From Chiloscyllium plagiosum (Eukaryota), in assembly GCF_004010195.1 (NCBI RefSeq), contig NW_025213785.1:1-36000 (forward strand): DNA of 36,000 nt, read 5' to 3'. The translations under genes were made by a program, and so were the position numbers. Every line of letters begins with the position of its first letter. Within the stretch, counting starts at the first letter, position 1. Below, piece by piece: positions 11,999 to 23,692 of the stretch. The notes beneath the pieces are model-generated. The model worked only from the letters and a program-made list of their open reading frames with translations, was not told where the DNA came from and did not search any database.

Positions 11999-12179
11999 TC
12001 TCCAATGCCATCGATCAAGTGGTGTGGTAAATCACATTCAATGGAAAAAAATGAGCCAGATTTCCGGTTGCATCCTCAGGTCTACCTTTTGTTTTGGTTT
12101 AGATTTTGCCTAATGTGGCAATCCCAGCTGAGATGTGAAAAAACACTGCAGAGTTTTAATATTCGCTTGGTTTAAAAGG

Positions 12180-13195
12180 ATTCATTTATGGAAACAAAAT
12201 ATGGCAAGTTAGAGGAAAATGGAATAAAAGGAAACTGAAAAGAGAGAGTGAGAAGAATCTGACAGTTAATATAAAAGGCAATCAACAAGTCTTCTACAGT
12301 CATATAAGTAGTAAAAGTGATGAAAGGAGGAATGGGCTGATTGGATATTCCAGGGGTCTGGCTGAGATACTAAATGAATACTTCCTATTTGACTTTATCA
12401 GGGAAGAAGATACTGACAAAGACATTGTGGAAAAAACAGATCGTTGAGGCTTTAACTTGATGAAAAATTGATGAAAAGGTAAGGCTGAAAATTGCTGGAG
12501 AAGCTCAGCAGATCTGACTGCATCTGTGGAGAGAAAGCAGAATTGATGTTCCATGTCCAGCGAGTCTTCTTCAGAACAGAAGAAGGCTGGCGTAGTGTTG
12601 TTAAGATACTGGGGACGAGACCAATTGTAATTGAGGGAAGTACAAATGGGAATCTATGTAAACTGGCTATAATCATGGAATCCTCCTTAGATATGAGAGT
12701 GATGTCAATTGCTTGGAGAATTTCAGATGTTACAATTTTCTAGGAGAAAATGTCGTTAAAGGTTAGATTAGTCCTTTTGACTTTGGTGGCGGGAAATCGT
12801 TAATAAACAATAACTGGGGTCGCAATATACACAGAAAATGTGGATTACTTAAAGAAAGCCAGGTTAGTTTTTTTTTAAAATGCCTAATTGTGTTCAAACT
12901 AACTTAACTGTATTTTGTAATGAGGCAATAAGAACAATTGATGAGAGAAATACAGAGTTTACATGGATTTCCAAAAGGCATTTGTCATAGTGATACATAA
13001 CCCACAAGTCTGTTAAGTTAGCCTGTAGATTAAGAGGGATACTGGTATAACGGATGCAAAATGGGCAGAATGACAGGAAACAATGCATGAATTAATGGTT
13101 ACTTTATGGAGTGAGATATATGGTTGGATTCTCCACAAGTCAATATTAAGGCTGCTGCATTTCCAGACCTGTTTAATGACCTAGATTGGGGGTAG
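12180..13195 (+). mobile_element. Highly degraded CR1-type LINE ORF2 fragment
   Basis: Remnants AEILNEYF (12361), YMDFQKAF (~12960) and AWRISDVT recall CR1 RT motifs. Confidence 0.6.
12484..12578 (-). mobile_element. PLE-type pseudo-LTR fragment (related to 29995-30123)
   Basis: Minus strand TTCTGAAGAAGACTCGCTGGACATGGAACATC...CTCTCCACAGATGC; degenerate hammerhead. Confidence 0.65.
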
Positions 13196-13465
13196 TTTGA
13201 AGGGGAAAACAATGGAGGAGTGGGACCAGCTAAATGCAGAGAGGTAGTGTATGTGCAGTTGGCTGATTGCTTCCGTCCTGAGTTCATGCAATGATTCCAT
13301 GATGTAATTTCTTTGTTCAGGTGGAAGTACCTTTTGGATTAGAGTGATGTTATGTTTTGTATTGTCATGTATTGTCAATTCGGACATTTTTATCGCCAGG
13401 TAGAGTTCAGATGCATCCCTCCAGGGATTCAAGCTATAAAAAATGAAGGTAAAGGGAATTATGTT

Positions 13466-13612
13466 TTTCATTCATAGGATAAGACCGTTGCTGGTTGAGC
13501 CAGCATTTATTGTCCAACCCTATTTGATCTTCAGAAAGTGGCAGTAAATTGCCATTTTAAACTATTGCAGACCATTTGCTGTAGTTAGACCAACAATGCC
13601 ATTTGGAAGTGA
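13466..13612 (-). mobile_element. 3' tail of a CR1/L2-group LINE (family sharing its tail with Deu-type SINEs); continues at 16720
   Basis: CCAGCATTTATTGTCCAACCCTA motif shared with 19915-20066, 22165-22250 and 22845-22905. Confidence 0.7.
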
Positions 13613-14075
13613 ACAGTTTTGAGCCCTGTATCTAAAGAAAGATGTACTGGCCTTGGAGGAGGTTGACAAGAATTGATCCGGAGATGAAGGGTGGTTAAGA
13701 ATCTAGGTTGTAATAGATGGAGTTTAGAAAGATGAGGGGGGAGTCTGATTGAATCTTACAGAATACTACGAGGCCTGGAGAGAGTAATCATAGAGAAGAT
13801 GTTTCCATAGTTGGAAAGACATAACCTCAGGGCAAAAGAATGACCCTTTAGAACTTTAGATGAGGAGAAATTTCTTCACACAGAGGGTGGTTAATCTGTG
13901 GACCTCACTACTACAGAGGGCTGTGGAGGCCAAGACATTGAGTGTATTTAAGACAGAGTTACATGGATTCTTGATTGGTAAGGGGATCAAGGGCTGTGAG
14001 GGGTGGGGGGAGGGCAGGAGAATGGGGCTGAGAAACAATCTCAGGCACGGTCAAATGGTGAAGCTGACTTGATGG
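13613..14075 (+). mobile_element. CR1-type LINE 3' fragment, split by a PLE; tail resumes 16669-16718
   Basis: MRRNFFTQRVVNLWTSLLQRAVEAKTLSVFKTE, a typical CR1 ORF2 C-terminus. Confidence 0.88.
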
Positions 14076-16668
14076 ACCACCAACATCACTCAGCGGAACA
14101 CCAGCGACAAACACGCAGTCATTGCCGAAGACATCACAAACGTCACACGGAATGTCGCTTCAGCCCCCATGGATGCCACCAAATGCATCGCCTGCCCCGC
14201 CTGGCCCCCATGGTGTGTATTATTTCATTTTGGTAACGTCACCCATGCTGCCATAACCACACCCACTCCAGCGACTGTCTCCAGCCCTACACCAGGACCT
14301 CGGCCCCAACCCTGCCATGCCTTTACCATCCCCACAGACATCCCCCGCACTGAGGATGAACGATCAGTCCTCCTTAAAGGCGTCCTCTTCATCCCCCTAT
14401 GCTCCCAGATCAACGAATTCAACACGCATTGCAACATTGAATTATTCTTCCACTACATTTGCCCTCCGGGCTTACTTTTTCCATCAGGATTCCCACCAGC
14501 CCTCCGAGAACCCTTTCTCCCATGTCCAGCGTACTCCATCCACTTGGACACCTGGTACTGGTCACCGACCCTCGACCTCTTCATCTCCAACTGCCACTGC
14601 AACATTGACCGCTTCAACCTGTCCATCTCTTCACCCATTCCAACCTCTCATCCTTGCAACGTGCAGTCCTCCACTCCCGCTGCTCCAACCCCAACCTTGC
14701 CATCAAGCTAGCAGACAAGAGGGGAGTGCACCAATCTCTACACCGCTGAAGCCAGGTGCCAACTCAAAGACATCTCCTCCTACTGCCCCCTTTATCACGA
14801 CTTCACCTCCCATCACCAAACTATCATCTCCCAGACCATCCACAACCTCATCACCTCAGGTGATCTCCTATCCACAGCCTCCAACCTCATAGTCCGGGGA
14901 ATCTGCACCGCCCGGTTCAAACTCCACAAACCTGACTGCCCCAGTTGACCCATCATCTCCGCCTGCTCCTACCCCACCGAACTTATCTCCGCATAGCTTG
15001 ACACCATCCTGTCCCCCTTGGAGCAACATCTCTCCATATACATTCGGGACACCACGCACAGCCTCCACCTTCTCCATGACTTTCTGATCCCGGTCCCCAA
15101 TGTCTCATCTTCACCATGGACATCCAGTTCCTGTACCCGTCCATCTGCCATGATGAAGGTCTCCAAGCTTTGTTTCTTCCTTTTCTAGCGAACCAATCAA
15201 CGCACTCGTTCGATTGGTCCTCACCCTTAACAATTTCTCCTTCAAATCCTCCCACTTCCTTCAGACCAAGGGGTAGCCCATGGGCACCCGCATGGCCTCT
15301 GCTATGCATGCCTCTTTGTTAGGTGCGTGGAATAGTCCATCTTCCACAGTTACACCGCACCATTCTCCACCTTTTCCTCCACTACATTGATGGCTCTATC
15401 GACACCACATTGTGCTCCTACGAGGTGGTTGAACAGTTCATCAACTTAATGAACATCTTTCACCCTGATCTCAAGTTCACTTGGACCATCTCAGACCCCT
15501 CCCTTCCCTTCCTGGACCTCTCCATCTCCATTTCTGATGACCGACTCAACACAGATATCTACTTCAAACCCACCTACTCCTACCTAGACTACACCTCCTC
15601 CCATTGCCCCCCTGTAAAAATGCTATCTCTTATTTCCAATATCTCTGCCTCTACCCCATCTGCTCTCAGGAGGATTAATTCCACGCCAAAACATTCCAGA
15701 TGGCCTCCTACGTCAAGGACTGCAATTTCCCATCTCACATGGTCAACAATGCCCTCCAGCATATCTCCCCCACTTCCTGCACCTCTCCCCTTGAACCCCA
15801 CCCCTCCAATCGCAACAAGGACAGAACCCCCCTCCGGTCCTCACCTTCCACCCCACTAATCTCTGGATACAGTGCATCACCCTCCACCATTTCCACCACC
15901 TACAGTTAGACCCCTGCACCAGAGATATATTTCCCTCCCTACTCCTTTCGGCGTTCCACAGAGACTCTTCCCTCTGCGACTCCTCGTTAGGTCCATGCCT
16001 CCCACCAACCCACCCTCCACTCCAGGCACCTTCCCTTGCCATCACAAGAGGTGTAAAGCCTGTGCCCACACCTCCGCCCTCACCTCCATCCAAGGCCTCT
16101 AAGAATCCTTCCAGATCCAGCAGAGATTTTCGTCCACATACACGCACCTCATCTACTGTGTCTGCTGCTCTGAATGTGGTCTCCTCTACATTGGGGAGAC
16201 AGGATGCCAACTTGCAGAATGTTTCAGGAACCATCTCTGGGGCACATACACGCAACAATTCCACCGTCCTGTGGCTGACCACTTCAACTCCCCCTCCCAC
16301 TCTGCCAAGGGCATGCAATTCTTGGGCCGCCTCCACTGCCAAATCCTAGCCACCCGACGACTGGAGGAAGAACGCCTCATCTTCTGCCTTGAGTCCCATC
16401 TATCCGCTCCAACGTCCTCTCTGATCTATCACTTTCACCTCCACCTTCATCTACCTATTGTATTCCTAGCTACCTCCACCCCCCTCCAGCCCCAGCTTAT
16501 CACATTTATCTCTCAGCCCCCTTGCTCCCTCCCTCACCACATTCCTGCTGAAGAACTTATACTCAAAACATTGATTCTCCCGCTCCTCAGGTGCTGCTTG
16601 ACCTGCTGTGCTTTTCCAGGGTCATACTTTTGACTCTGATCTCCAGCATCTGCTGTCCTCACTTTCTC
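14076..16668 (+). mobile_element. Long degraded Penelope-like retrotransposon (family A): RT, GIY-YIG, terminal pseudo-LTR
   Basis: MDIQFLYPSI, HYIDG (YIDD variant), LPFLDLSI, LIYCVCCSECGLLYIGET (16148-16201), many frameshifts; TSD CTTGATGG at 14068-14075 and 16669-16676. Confidence 0.93.
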
Positions 16669-16719
16669 CTTGATGGGGCAAATAGCCTAATTCTGCTCCT
16701 ATATCGTGGTCTTGTGGAA

Positions 16720-17565
16720 ATACAGGACTTGATCCATTGACTCTGAAGAAACAGCAATATATTTCAAAGTCCGAATGGTGATTGGCCTGGAGGGAATCTT
16801 GCAAGTGACAGTTTCCATGTATCTGCTGCCCTTGGTCTTCTCTGCAGTGGTCAAGGTTTTGGAAGGTGCAGTGCAAAGAGCCTCAGTGAATTTCTGCAGT
16901 GCATATTGTAGACAGTATACATTGGTGATGGAAGAACGGATGTGGTGTCAACCCAATGGGCAGCATTGTCCTGGATGGTGTTAAGCTTCTTGAGTATTAT
17001 GCAATCCATAAAAAGTAGAACTCAAAATGCAATCATTAATTTTAAAGAATCTGTATAGCTTCTGCATGTTCATTTTCGGAGAAAGGCAAGACTAGATTAC
17101 TATCTAGCTACATTCATCCAGGTAAGTGTGAAGTATTCTATTACACCCCCAACTTGGGTGAGGTCACTGGTCAATGATGGACAGGCTTTGGGGAATCAGA
17201 AGGTTAGTTACTTGCTGCTGTATTCCTAGTCTCTGACCTATTCTTGTAGCCACTGTAATTGTATAGTTAGTCCTGTTGACTTTCTGGTCAATGGTAACTT
17301 CCAGGATGTTGATAGTGGTGAATGTCAAAGAATAATTTCTATATTATCCCTTGTCGGAGATGGTCATTATCTGGCACATTTGTGGTACAAATGTTACTTG
17401 CCACTTGTCATTCAACGTATATATTGTCCAGGTATTGCTGCATTTGGACATGGACTGCTTCAGTATCTGAGGGGATATGTGCATCACTGAATATGCCCAA
17501 TTCTGACCTTTGATGGAGAGAAGGTCATTGATGAAGCAGCTGAAGATGGTTGGGCTGACGACACC
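16720..17565 (-). mobile_element. CR1/L2-group LINE 3' region (continuation of 13466-13612)
   Basis: Reverse complement aligns with 32500-33130; also similar to 22260-22690. Confidence 0.8.
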
Positions 17566-18783
17566 ATACTTCTGTGTTTTAAGATTTTTGAAGATATGTT
17601 AGCATGTCCAACATTAACACTTTACAGAAATCCAGTTACTGAGGGCTTTTGAGAAAAGTTCGACTTGCTCATTGTACACCCATTCATTTAATCAATTAAC
17701 TGTTCAGTTTAAGATGTGATAATGATGTAAAATGTCTCATTAATTGATAAGCCTATTTGAACTGTATTTTGTACATTACTGTGATTTTCATTTGAACTTT
17801 CCCAGGTGATTGTTATAAGCCTGACAGAACTCCCATCATAGAATCAAACAAAGAAACATAGTAATCTAGCGTTGTCTTTGTCTGAAAATGAACAAGCAAA
17901 AGCCAAACTGGTTCTTTAAAATGAATGATTGATTGATTGTATTTTGAGTTCTACTTTTTATGTACTGCATGTATAATTATGTTGCAATTTCAAAAACTTA
18001 GCAGTTCAAAAAATAACTGGATCAACAAAGGGCATGCATTCATTATAATGCTTTGTCATTTGATAAATGTTTGGAAGTTACAGAGATTAAAATAGAAACA
18101 GTCATAACTGAGTATAACTCACCTCAAGCATTTGATGGAGATCCGGAAAATCAAATCCAGAAAATTATCATGGAATAGCTCAATAAAAATGTTTAGAGGG
18201 CACAAATGCAATTTGTTTAATCAATCTTCACAAATATCCCTCTAAAGCTCCATAATTGCAATTTGAATAAATCCTTTTTGATGTCTCTTATTTTGGTAAA
18301 TTCTAATTTTAAACATTTTAGCACTTCCTGTAATAAATGAGTGAGATTGTCATATTCATGCAAGCAAACATGTCAGACATAATTTACTGTTACTTGTAAC
18401 TTCAAATTAATAATTACAAGTAGTACATAAATCATAGCTGTACAGTAATAGATAAAAATGTTATCAACAATGCTGAACTTCCTTTCAGCTGACTGGTGTG
18501 AATGTCTTGTCTTGGTAGGAAGAGAGAAGCAAGCTTGGGCTGATAAGTGGCAAGTAACATACATGTCACACAAATGCCAAGTAACAACCAACTTCAATAT
18601 AGTGCATGTTGCCCTTTTGTGTTTAAGGCTAAGTATAGACCCTGGTAATAGATGAAATTAAAAATCCAGTAAAATTATTTATGCTTGCAAAATTCATGAA
18701 TACTTAAATTGTGATATGATTTATCATGAAGCATATTAATATATGTAATGATTCCATTATTATTCATACTTCCATTATTTCAG

Positions 18784-18854
18784 CCATCAGTGGATTCATT
18801 GCTGTTTCTAGGTACATCATAAAGTTTTTAACACAACCTGCTGACATGTTTGAT
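18784..18854 (+). other. Candidate host exon (unidentified gene)
   Basis: Unique AT-rich context; acceptors TTATTTCAG (ends 18783) or TTTCTAG (ends 18811); consensus donor GTAAGT 18855-18860; one open frame (ISGFIAVSRYIIKFLTQPADMFD). Confidence 0.35.
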
Positions 18855-19914
18855 GTAAGTCCTTTTTATTGGCAAATTTATAACTTTTTCTTGAGGTATT
18901 TATGTGCAATAATAAAAGAATTGTTGCCTCTAATCACTTACCAAGGAATTTAGCGTGCAACCTATGTGAGAGAAACTCATTTTTGAATGTAATCTGAGTC
19001 CTGACATGAGATTATAACGTCAAAGTTGCTTCCATCTGTACATTTGCAACAATTGTTCATTCAAATTCAGCTGCTGAACAGATATTTCAGTGACTTTGCC
19101 TTAGTTAAGTGGTAAACACTTTATTTGTGGGAAATATTGTAATTAGCTTTGAGTTACATGGAAATGACTCTCTTTGTTCATATGCACATTTTATTTGATA
19201 CTTTTTGACCTTGTAGAATACACATCTGGAAATTACTGATTGTGCAAGCACTTAACATGTGAAAGATTAAATTCTTTCTTTTCCAGTATTTTTAAAGGGG
19301 TCACACTCATAAAAGTTTGGAATGATGAGTTTTATTTTAATTACATCCTGCATTCGTATAATAAATCAAAGAATATCAGTAATTATTAGGTGCTATTACA
19401 AATTATTTGATTTCATAGAAAAATTAATTGCTATGTTGCTAGTGGATCATTGATTCAGTTGGTTTCAATTTGAAGCATGCAAATTTAAAATAGGTTAAAC
19501 AAACTACATTTTAAACAGAGCAAAATATTATGATCTGCCTCTAGTGGTGTTGGAAATAGGTTCAATAATAACTTTCAAAAGGCGATTGGATAAATAATAA
19601 AAGAGGAAACATTTGCAGGGTATAGCAAGGAAATTAAACTGATTGGATAGCTATTTTTATGAGTTGACAGGCATCATATGACAAATGGTGTCCTCCTGTG
19701 CTGTATCATTCAATGATTATCTTCTGTGAATGCTGTAAGGTAGTTTTCTTTATGTGCTCGCAAATAGTCACTGCTGAAAATTTGAAGTGTTTAGACTCTG
19801 TTTTCACTTAGCACATTGTAGACTGTTCCTTCTAGATAATTACTTTGTTTATTTTTGTGACTGCAGCTAAAGGCACCTGCCACTCGCCATAATAAGAGAG
19901 AGAATTTTAAAAGG

Positions 19915-20066
19915 TTTTCATGGAATGTAGGTATTGTGGGTTAGCATTTATTGCCCATCTACAACTGCCTTTGAGAAGATGGTGGTGAGCCACCTCCTTG
20001 AACTGTCCAGTCCTTAGAGTGAAGGGACACCTACATTGTTTTTCGGGAGTGAGTACCAGGATTTTG
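19915..20066 (-). mobile_element. 3' tail of CR1/L2-group LINE
   Basis: GCATTTATTGCCCATC...GAGAAGATGGTGGTGAGCC, same family as 13466-13612. Confidence 0.75.
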
Positions 20067-20634
20067 GTTGCACTTCAGTCCCACGCTCCTGACCTTTGGG
20101 CACCCAGAATGGAGGAGGGAGGGCAGGTCTGAAGCTCTCCTCGTGTGTCTGCTCCTGGGCCTGGCCAAACTGGCCATAAAAAGGTCCAGGCAGCGGGCCA
20201 TGGAAGGGGTTGTTGCAGCCAATTGCCTGTCCCTCTTCCGCGGTTATGTCAGAGCCCAGGTGTCTGTGGAGAAGGAGCACGCGGTGTCCACCAACACCGT
20301 TGAGCTGTTCAGGGAGAGGTGGGCACCGGAGGGAGTGGAGTGTATTATTTCCCCGTCCAACTCTATTTTGATTTAATCCCTGCCCTCCCCTTCACTGTTT
20401 GATCACACAGCATTGCCCTTTGACGTGAAGGGTACTGCTTGTCACTGGCCACTCGGGTGTTTCCGTTCTTCCTGGTGGTGGAAGTTGAATAAAGATTTGT
20501 GCACCTTGTGTCTTTCACTGTGTCTCACGCCTGCATACACACAACATGGGTGCTAGGGAAAAATAAGCACGACCGCAGTTGGGCAGTTGTGTGAGGGTTT
20601 TAAAAGGTAAAAAGAGAAAAGGGGAAAAAAAGAA
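20067..20634 (+). mobile_element. Tx1-clade LINE 3' end
   Basis: ORF 20068-20376 HFSPTLLTFGHP...LLLGLAKLAIKRSR...FRERWAP resembles Tx1 ORF2 C-termini; AATAAA 20488-20493; A-rich tail. Confidence 0.82.
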
Positions 20635-20639
20635 CCGCG

Positions 20640-20761
20640 TGTCAGGGGTTTGTTCACTCTGAGAGCTGGCTCTGAGGGAGCTAGATCAGTGTCAAGAACT
20701 CTCCATGTGTAAATAAAGGGTGAATTGGTGATGGGATACTGGCCTCTGTGGAGTTATTTCA
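20640..20761 (+). repeat. LTR-like 3' fragment; partial copies at ~20859-20945 and ~22081-22145
   Basis: GTTCACTCTGAGAGCTG(G/C)CTCTGAGGGAGCT occurs twice and TGGTGATGGGATACTGGC(C/T)TCTGTGGAGTT twice; AATAAA at 20712; ends in ...TTCA. Confidence 0.5.
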
Positions 20762-20975
20762 TGTGTGTTTGAGAGTGTGTGTGTGTTCGTGTATGAGAAA
20801 ATCAAAACATTTGGACTTGGATTGGGCTAAGAAAGGTAAATCTATTCTTAAAAAAAAGTATAAAGTAAACTGGAGACTCAGATCTCCTGTTCACTCTGAG
20901 AGCTGCCTCTGAGGGAGCTTTATCAGTGAGAGTGAAAGACTCCCCATTTTTCTTAGAGAAAAAAGGGAGGTGTAG

Positions 20976-21460
20976 GAGACTGTAAGGCCAACAACCATTT
21001 CGTAAGAAAGCGGCCCAGGGTAATCCGGTCAGTACTCGGGGTGACTGGGAGCTGGGTGGTGGACAACCAGCCTGGAGGAAAGCGGGCCTGGGGAGGGTCG
21101 GTCAGTACACAGGGCGGGCGGAGACCAGAAGGCCGATGACTGTCCCGCAGGAAGGATAACCAAGGACTGTCTGATCAGTACGTGGTAGGGACTGATGTCA
21201 GGTGTCTTTTAGCTATATTGGGTCTGTGCTCTATGCATTGTTTCTAATTTGATTGCACTGTCTTGTCTGTGTTTATTACTGTTGTCTTTGTGATGAATGA
21301 ACGTGGGATTTGAGGTTTGTCCTCATCTCCCTGAAAACTGGTTGAATGGTGGGGTTTGGGGTTTGGCTTTGCTGCTCTTTCCCATCTATGTAGTGTTTTT
21401 TTTTGTGAACTGCTGCTTTCTGTTTATTGTCAACTCTATTTTGTACTGTTTAATAAAATA
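20976..21460 (+). mobile_element. Poly(A)-tailed non-coding retroelement with GC-rich 5S-rRNA-like triplicated head
   Basis: TSD AAAAAAGGGAGGTGTAG at 20959-20975 and 21461-21477; AATAAA 21452-21457; TCAGTAC motif three times at 73-nt spacing. Confidence 0.7.
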
Positions 21461-21477
21461 AAAAAAGGGAGGTGTAG

Positions 21478-21725
21478 CTTTCCTTTTTGTCTCTGCCCCT
21501 TGGTTCCGGTAGACTTTGTTTTGATTTTTTGATTTACTTTATTGTTTGTTGTGATTGTTGTTTTTCTGGGTTTTCTTTCTGTTTATTTCCTTTAATAAAG
21601 AAGAAAAAAAAGGAGGTGTCTTTACTGCCCCTACCCCAATATCTACTGTTTTTTTGTGAACTGCCGCTTTCTGTTTATTGTTAACTGTGTTTTGTACTGT
21701 TTAATAAAATAATGAAAAATAAAAA
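21478..21725 (+). mobile_element. Two further stacked poly(A) retroelement tails
   Basis: AATAAA 21594 + A-run then GGAGGTGT 21612-21619; 21634-21725 duplicates 21381-21466. Confidence 0.7.
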
Positions 21726-21728
21726 GAG

Positions 21729-22038
21729 AGATTAGATTACTTACAACGTGGAAACAGGCCCTTTGGACCAACAAGTGCACACTGACCCTCCGAAGAGCAA
21801 CCCATCCAGCCCCATTCCACCCTTCACATAGCATGACGGGCAATTTAGCATGGCCAATTCACCTGACCTGCACATCTTTGGACTATGGGAGGAAACCAGA
21901 GCACCCGGAGGAAACCCACGCAGACACTGGGAGAATGTGCAAACTCCACACAGGCAGTTGCCAGAGCCGGGAATTGAACCCGGGTCTCTGGCACTGTGAG
22001 GCAGCAGCAGTGCTAACCACTGTGCCACTGTGCCACCC
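21729..22038 (-). mobile_element. HE1-type SINE
   Basis: Reverse complement of 11210-11527 and 35126-35452; GGTTCAATTCC B-box on the minus strand. Confidence 0.92.
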
Positions 22039-22259
22039 ATCTGTGTTAGAGATAGTGATGCTCTGAAGAAACAGTACTAAAGTCAAGGACTGTTCATGTG
22101 TACACAAGGACATGGTGATGGGATACTGGCTTCTGTGGAGTTTCTTTTGACCATGTTTACCTATGACACTGCCCTCAGGGCAATTAGGGATGGGCAGTAA
22201 ATGCTGGCCTGATCAGTGACACCCTCTTCCTGTGAATAGATTAAAGAAAGAATTTTCAG

Positions 22260-22690
22260 TCTTTGTACTACTCTTATAGCCATAGTATATGATTGGTCCA
22301 GTTTAGTTTCTGGTTAATGGTAACCTCCTAAGATTGGAGAGTGTAAGATTCAGTGATGTTAATATCAAGGGTGATAATTGGACTCTTGTCCTGACATTAC
22401 CTGACATCTGTATGACATAAATGTGACTTGCCACTGATTAGTTAGTCACAAAGTTGTTATCCAGAGTTTGTTGGGTGAAAACATGGACTGCTTCAGTATC
22501 TGAGGAATCGTGAATGGTGCTGAACATTGTGCAATCATCAGTGAACATCTCCACTTCTGATCTTATGATGGAGGGAAGTGATGGAGATGAAGCAACCGAA
22601 GATGGTTGGGCCTTGGACAGTACCCTATAGAATGCCTGAATTGGTGCCCCTGGGGTAACATGATTAACTTCCAATAGCCACAACCAGTGG
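22260..22690 (-). mobile_element. CR1/L2-group LINE RT fragment
   Basis: LPSIIRSEVEMFTDDCTMF (FADD variant); shares CATGGACTGCTTCAGTATCTGAGG with ~17450. Plus-strand tails of the same family lie at 22165-22250 and 22745-22910. Confidence 0.8.
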
Positions 22691-22964
22691 AGAGCTTTTC
22701 CAATTTTTTTGGCCCATAATTTGCAACATTTATTATTACTATTACTTCACTGTAACTGTGTCAAAATCCGGGAACCTGCTTCCTACCAGCACAATGGACA
22801 CCCAAAAGACTACAGCAATTGCGAGCTGACCATGAACTCCTCCAGGGCCATTAGGGATGGACAATACATGCTGGCCTAGCCAGCCATATCCACATCCGAT
22901 GAATAATTCAAAACCATCACATCAGCTAATCAGAAGCTTAGTTGGTTATTGGAGTGTCTGATAG

Positions 22965-23280
22965 AAAAAGATGGAGAGATTAGGAGGAGTGTATTTTGGA
23001 TTTAGGTGCATAGATGTCTGAAAGTGTAACCACTAACAGTGGAACGATTAAATCATGGATGCACAGAAGGCCAGAATCAGACGATAGATATCTCGAAAGG
23101 CTGTGGGACTGGAGGAGATTTCAGAGATAGAGCTGGCAGAGGGCTTGAAAAGATTTGAAACAAATTAGAATTTTAAAATCAGAACATTGCTTGATTGGGA
23201 GAAAATGTAGATTACCAAACATAGGATTGTTGTGGAACTGGAAATTATTGTAAGTTAGGACATAGGTAACAGAGCTTGTG
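22965..23280 (-). mobile_element. Old L2-like LINE fragment
   Basis: Resembles degraded fish L2 3' sequence; recalled similarity only, no second copy in the window. Confidence 0.4.
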
Positions 23281-23692
23281 AAGTGGGCATAGTGCAATAC
23301 AAGGGTAAGATCTCATCCCTTCAGAATTGTTGAAGAAAATTCCACCTCATTCAGCAATCGGTCCAAGAACCTCCAAATTAAATTATGCTACTAGGAGTTT
23401 GTCATGTTTGCAAATTTCAGTGAGAACTATCCCTTTCTAAAGCCAAAGATATCACTAAATTGATTTGTTTGTATATTGCACTCGTCTTTGTGTTGATATA
23501 GTCTGCAGAGAGATTTAGATATATAACAAAGCATCAAAGAGGAGGAGTGAAAGGTTATTTGGGATCAAGCGCATAAAAGAGTAAATATAGGGATCAAGTC
23601 AATATGCATATGAAATGTACCCCATTACTTCATACATTATGGTCTCTATGCCATGGGTATATGGGAAGGTGTTTGGAATGGAGGAGGAGCAT

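Noticed and set aside
14169..16633. Several 100-200 aa Pro/Ser/Thr-rich ORFs as novel proteins
   Set aside because: Off-frame or antisense readings of a C-rich, frameshifted PLE.
18123..18178. Minus-strand exon with GTGAGT donor
   Set aside because: Weak GAG acceptor and no recognisable peptide.
21133..21155. Hammerhead-like CCGATGA-CTG(TCCCG)CAG-GAAG
   Set aside because: Two core deviations and no convincing helix I/III or NUH site.
20976..21210. True 5S rRNA gene or CRISPR-like array
   Set aside because: Far too diverged from 5S and partial; units are not identical repeats with spacers, and the context is eukaryotic with no cas genes.
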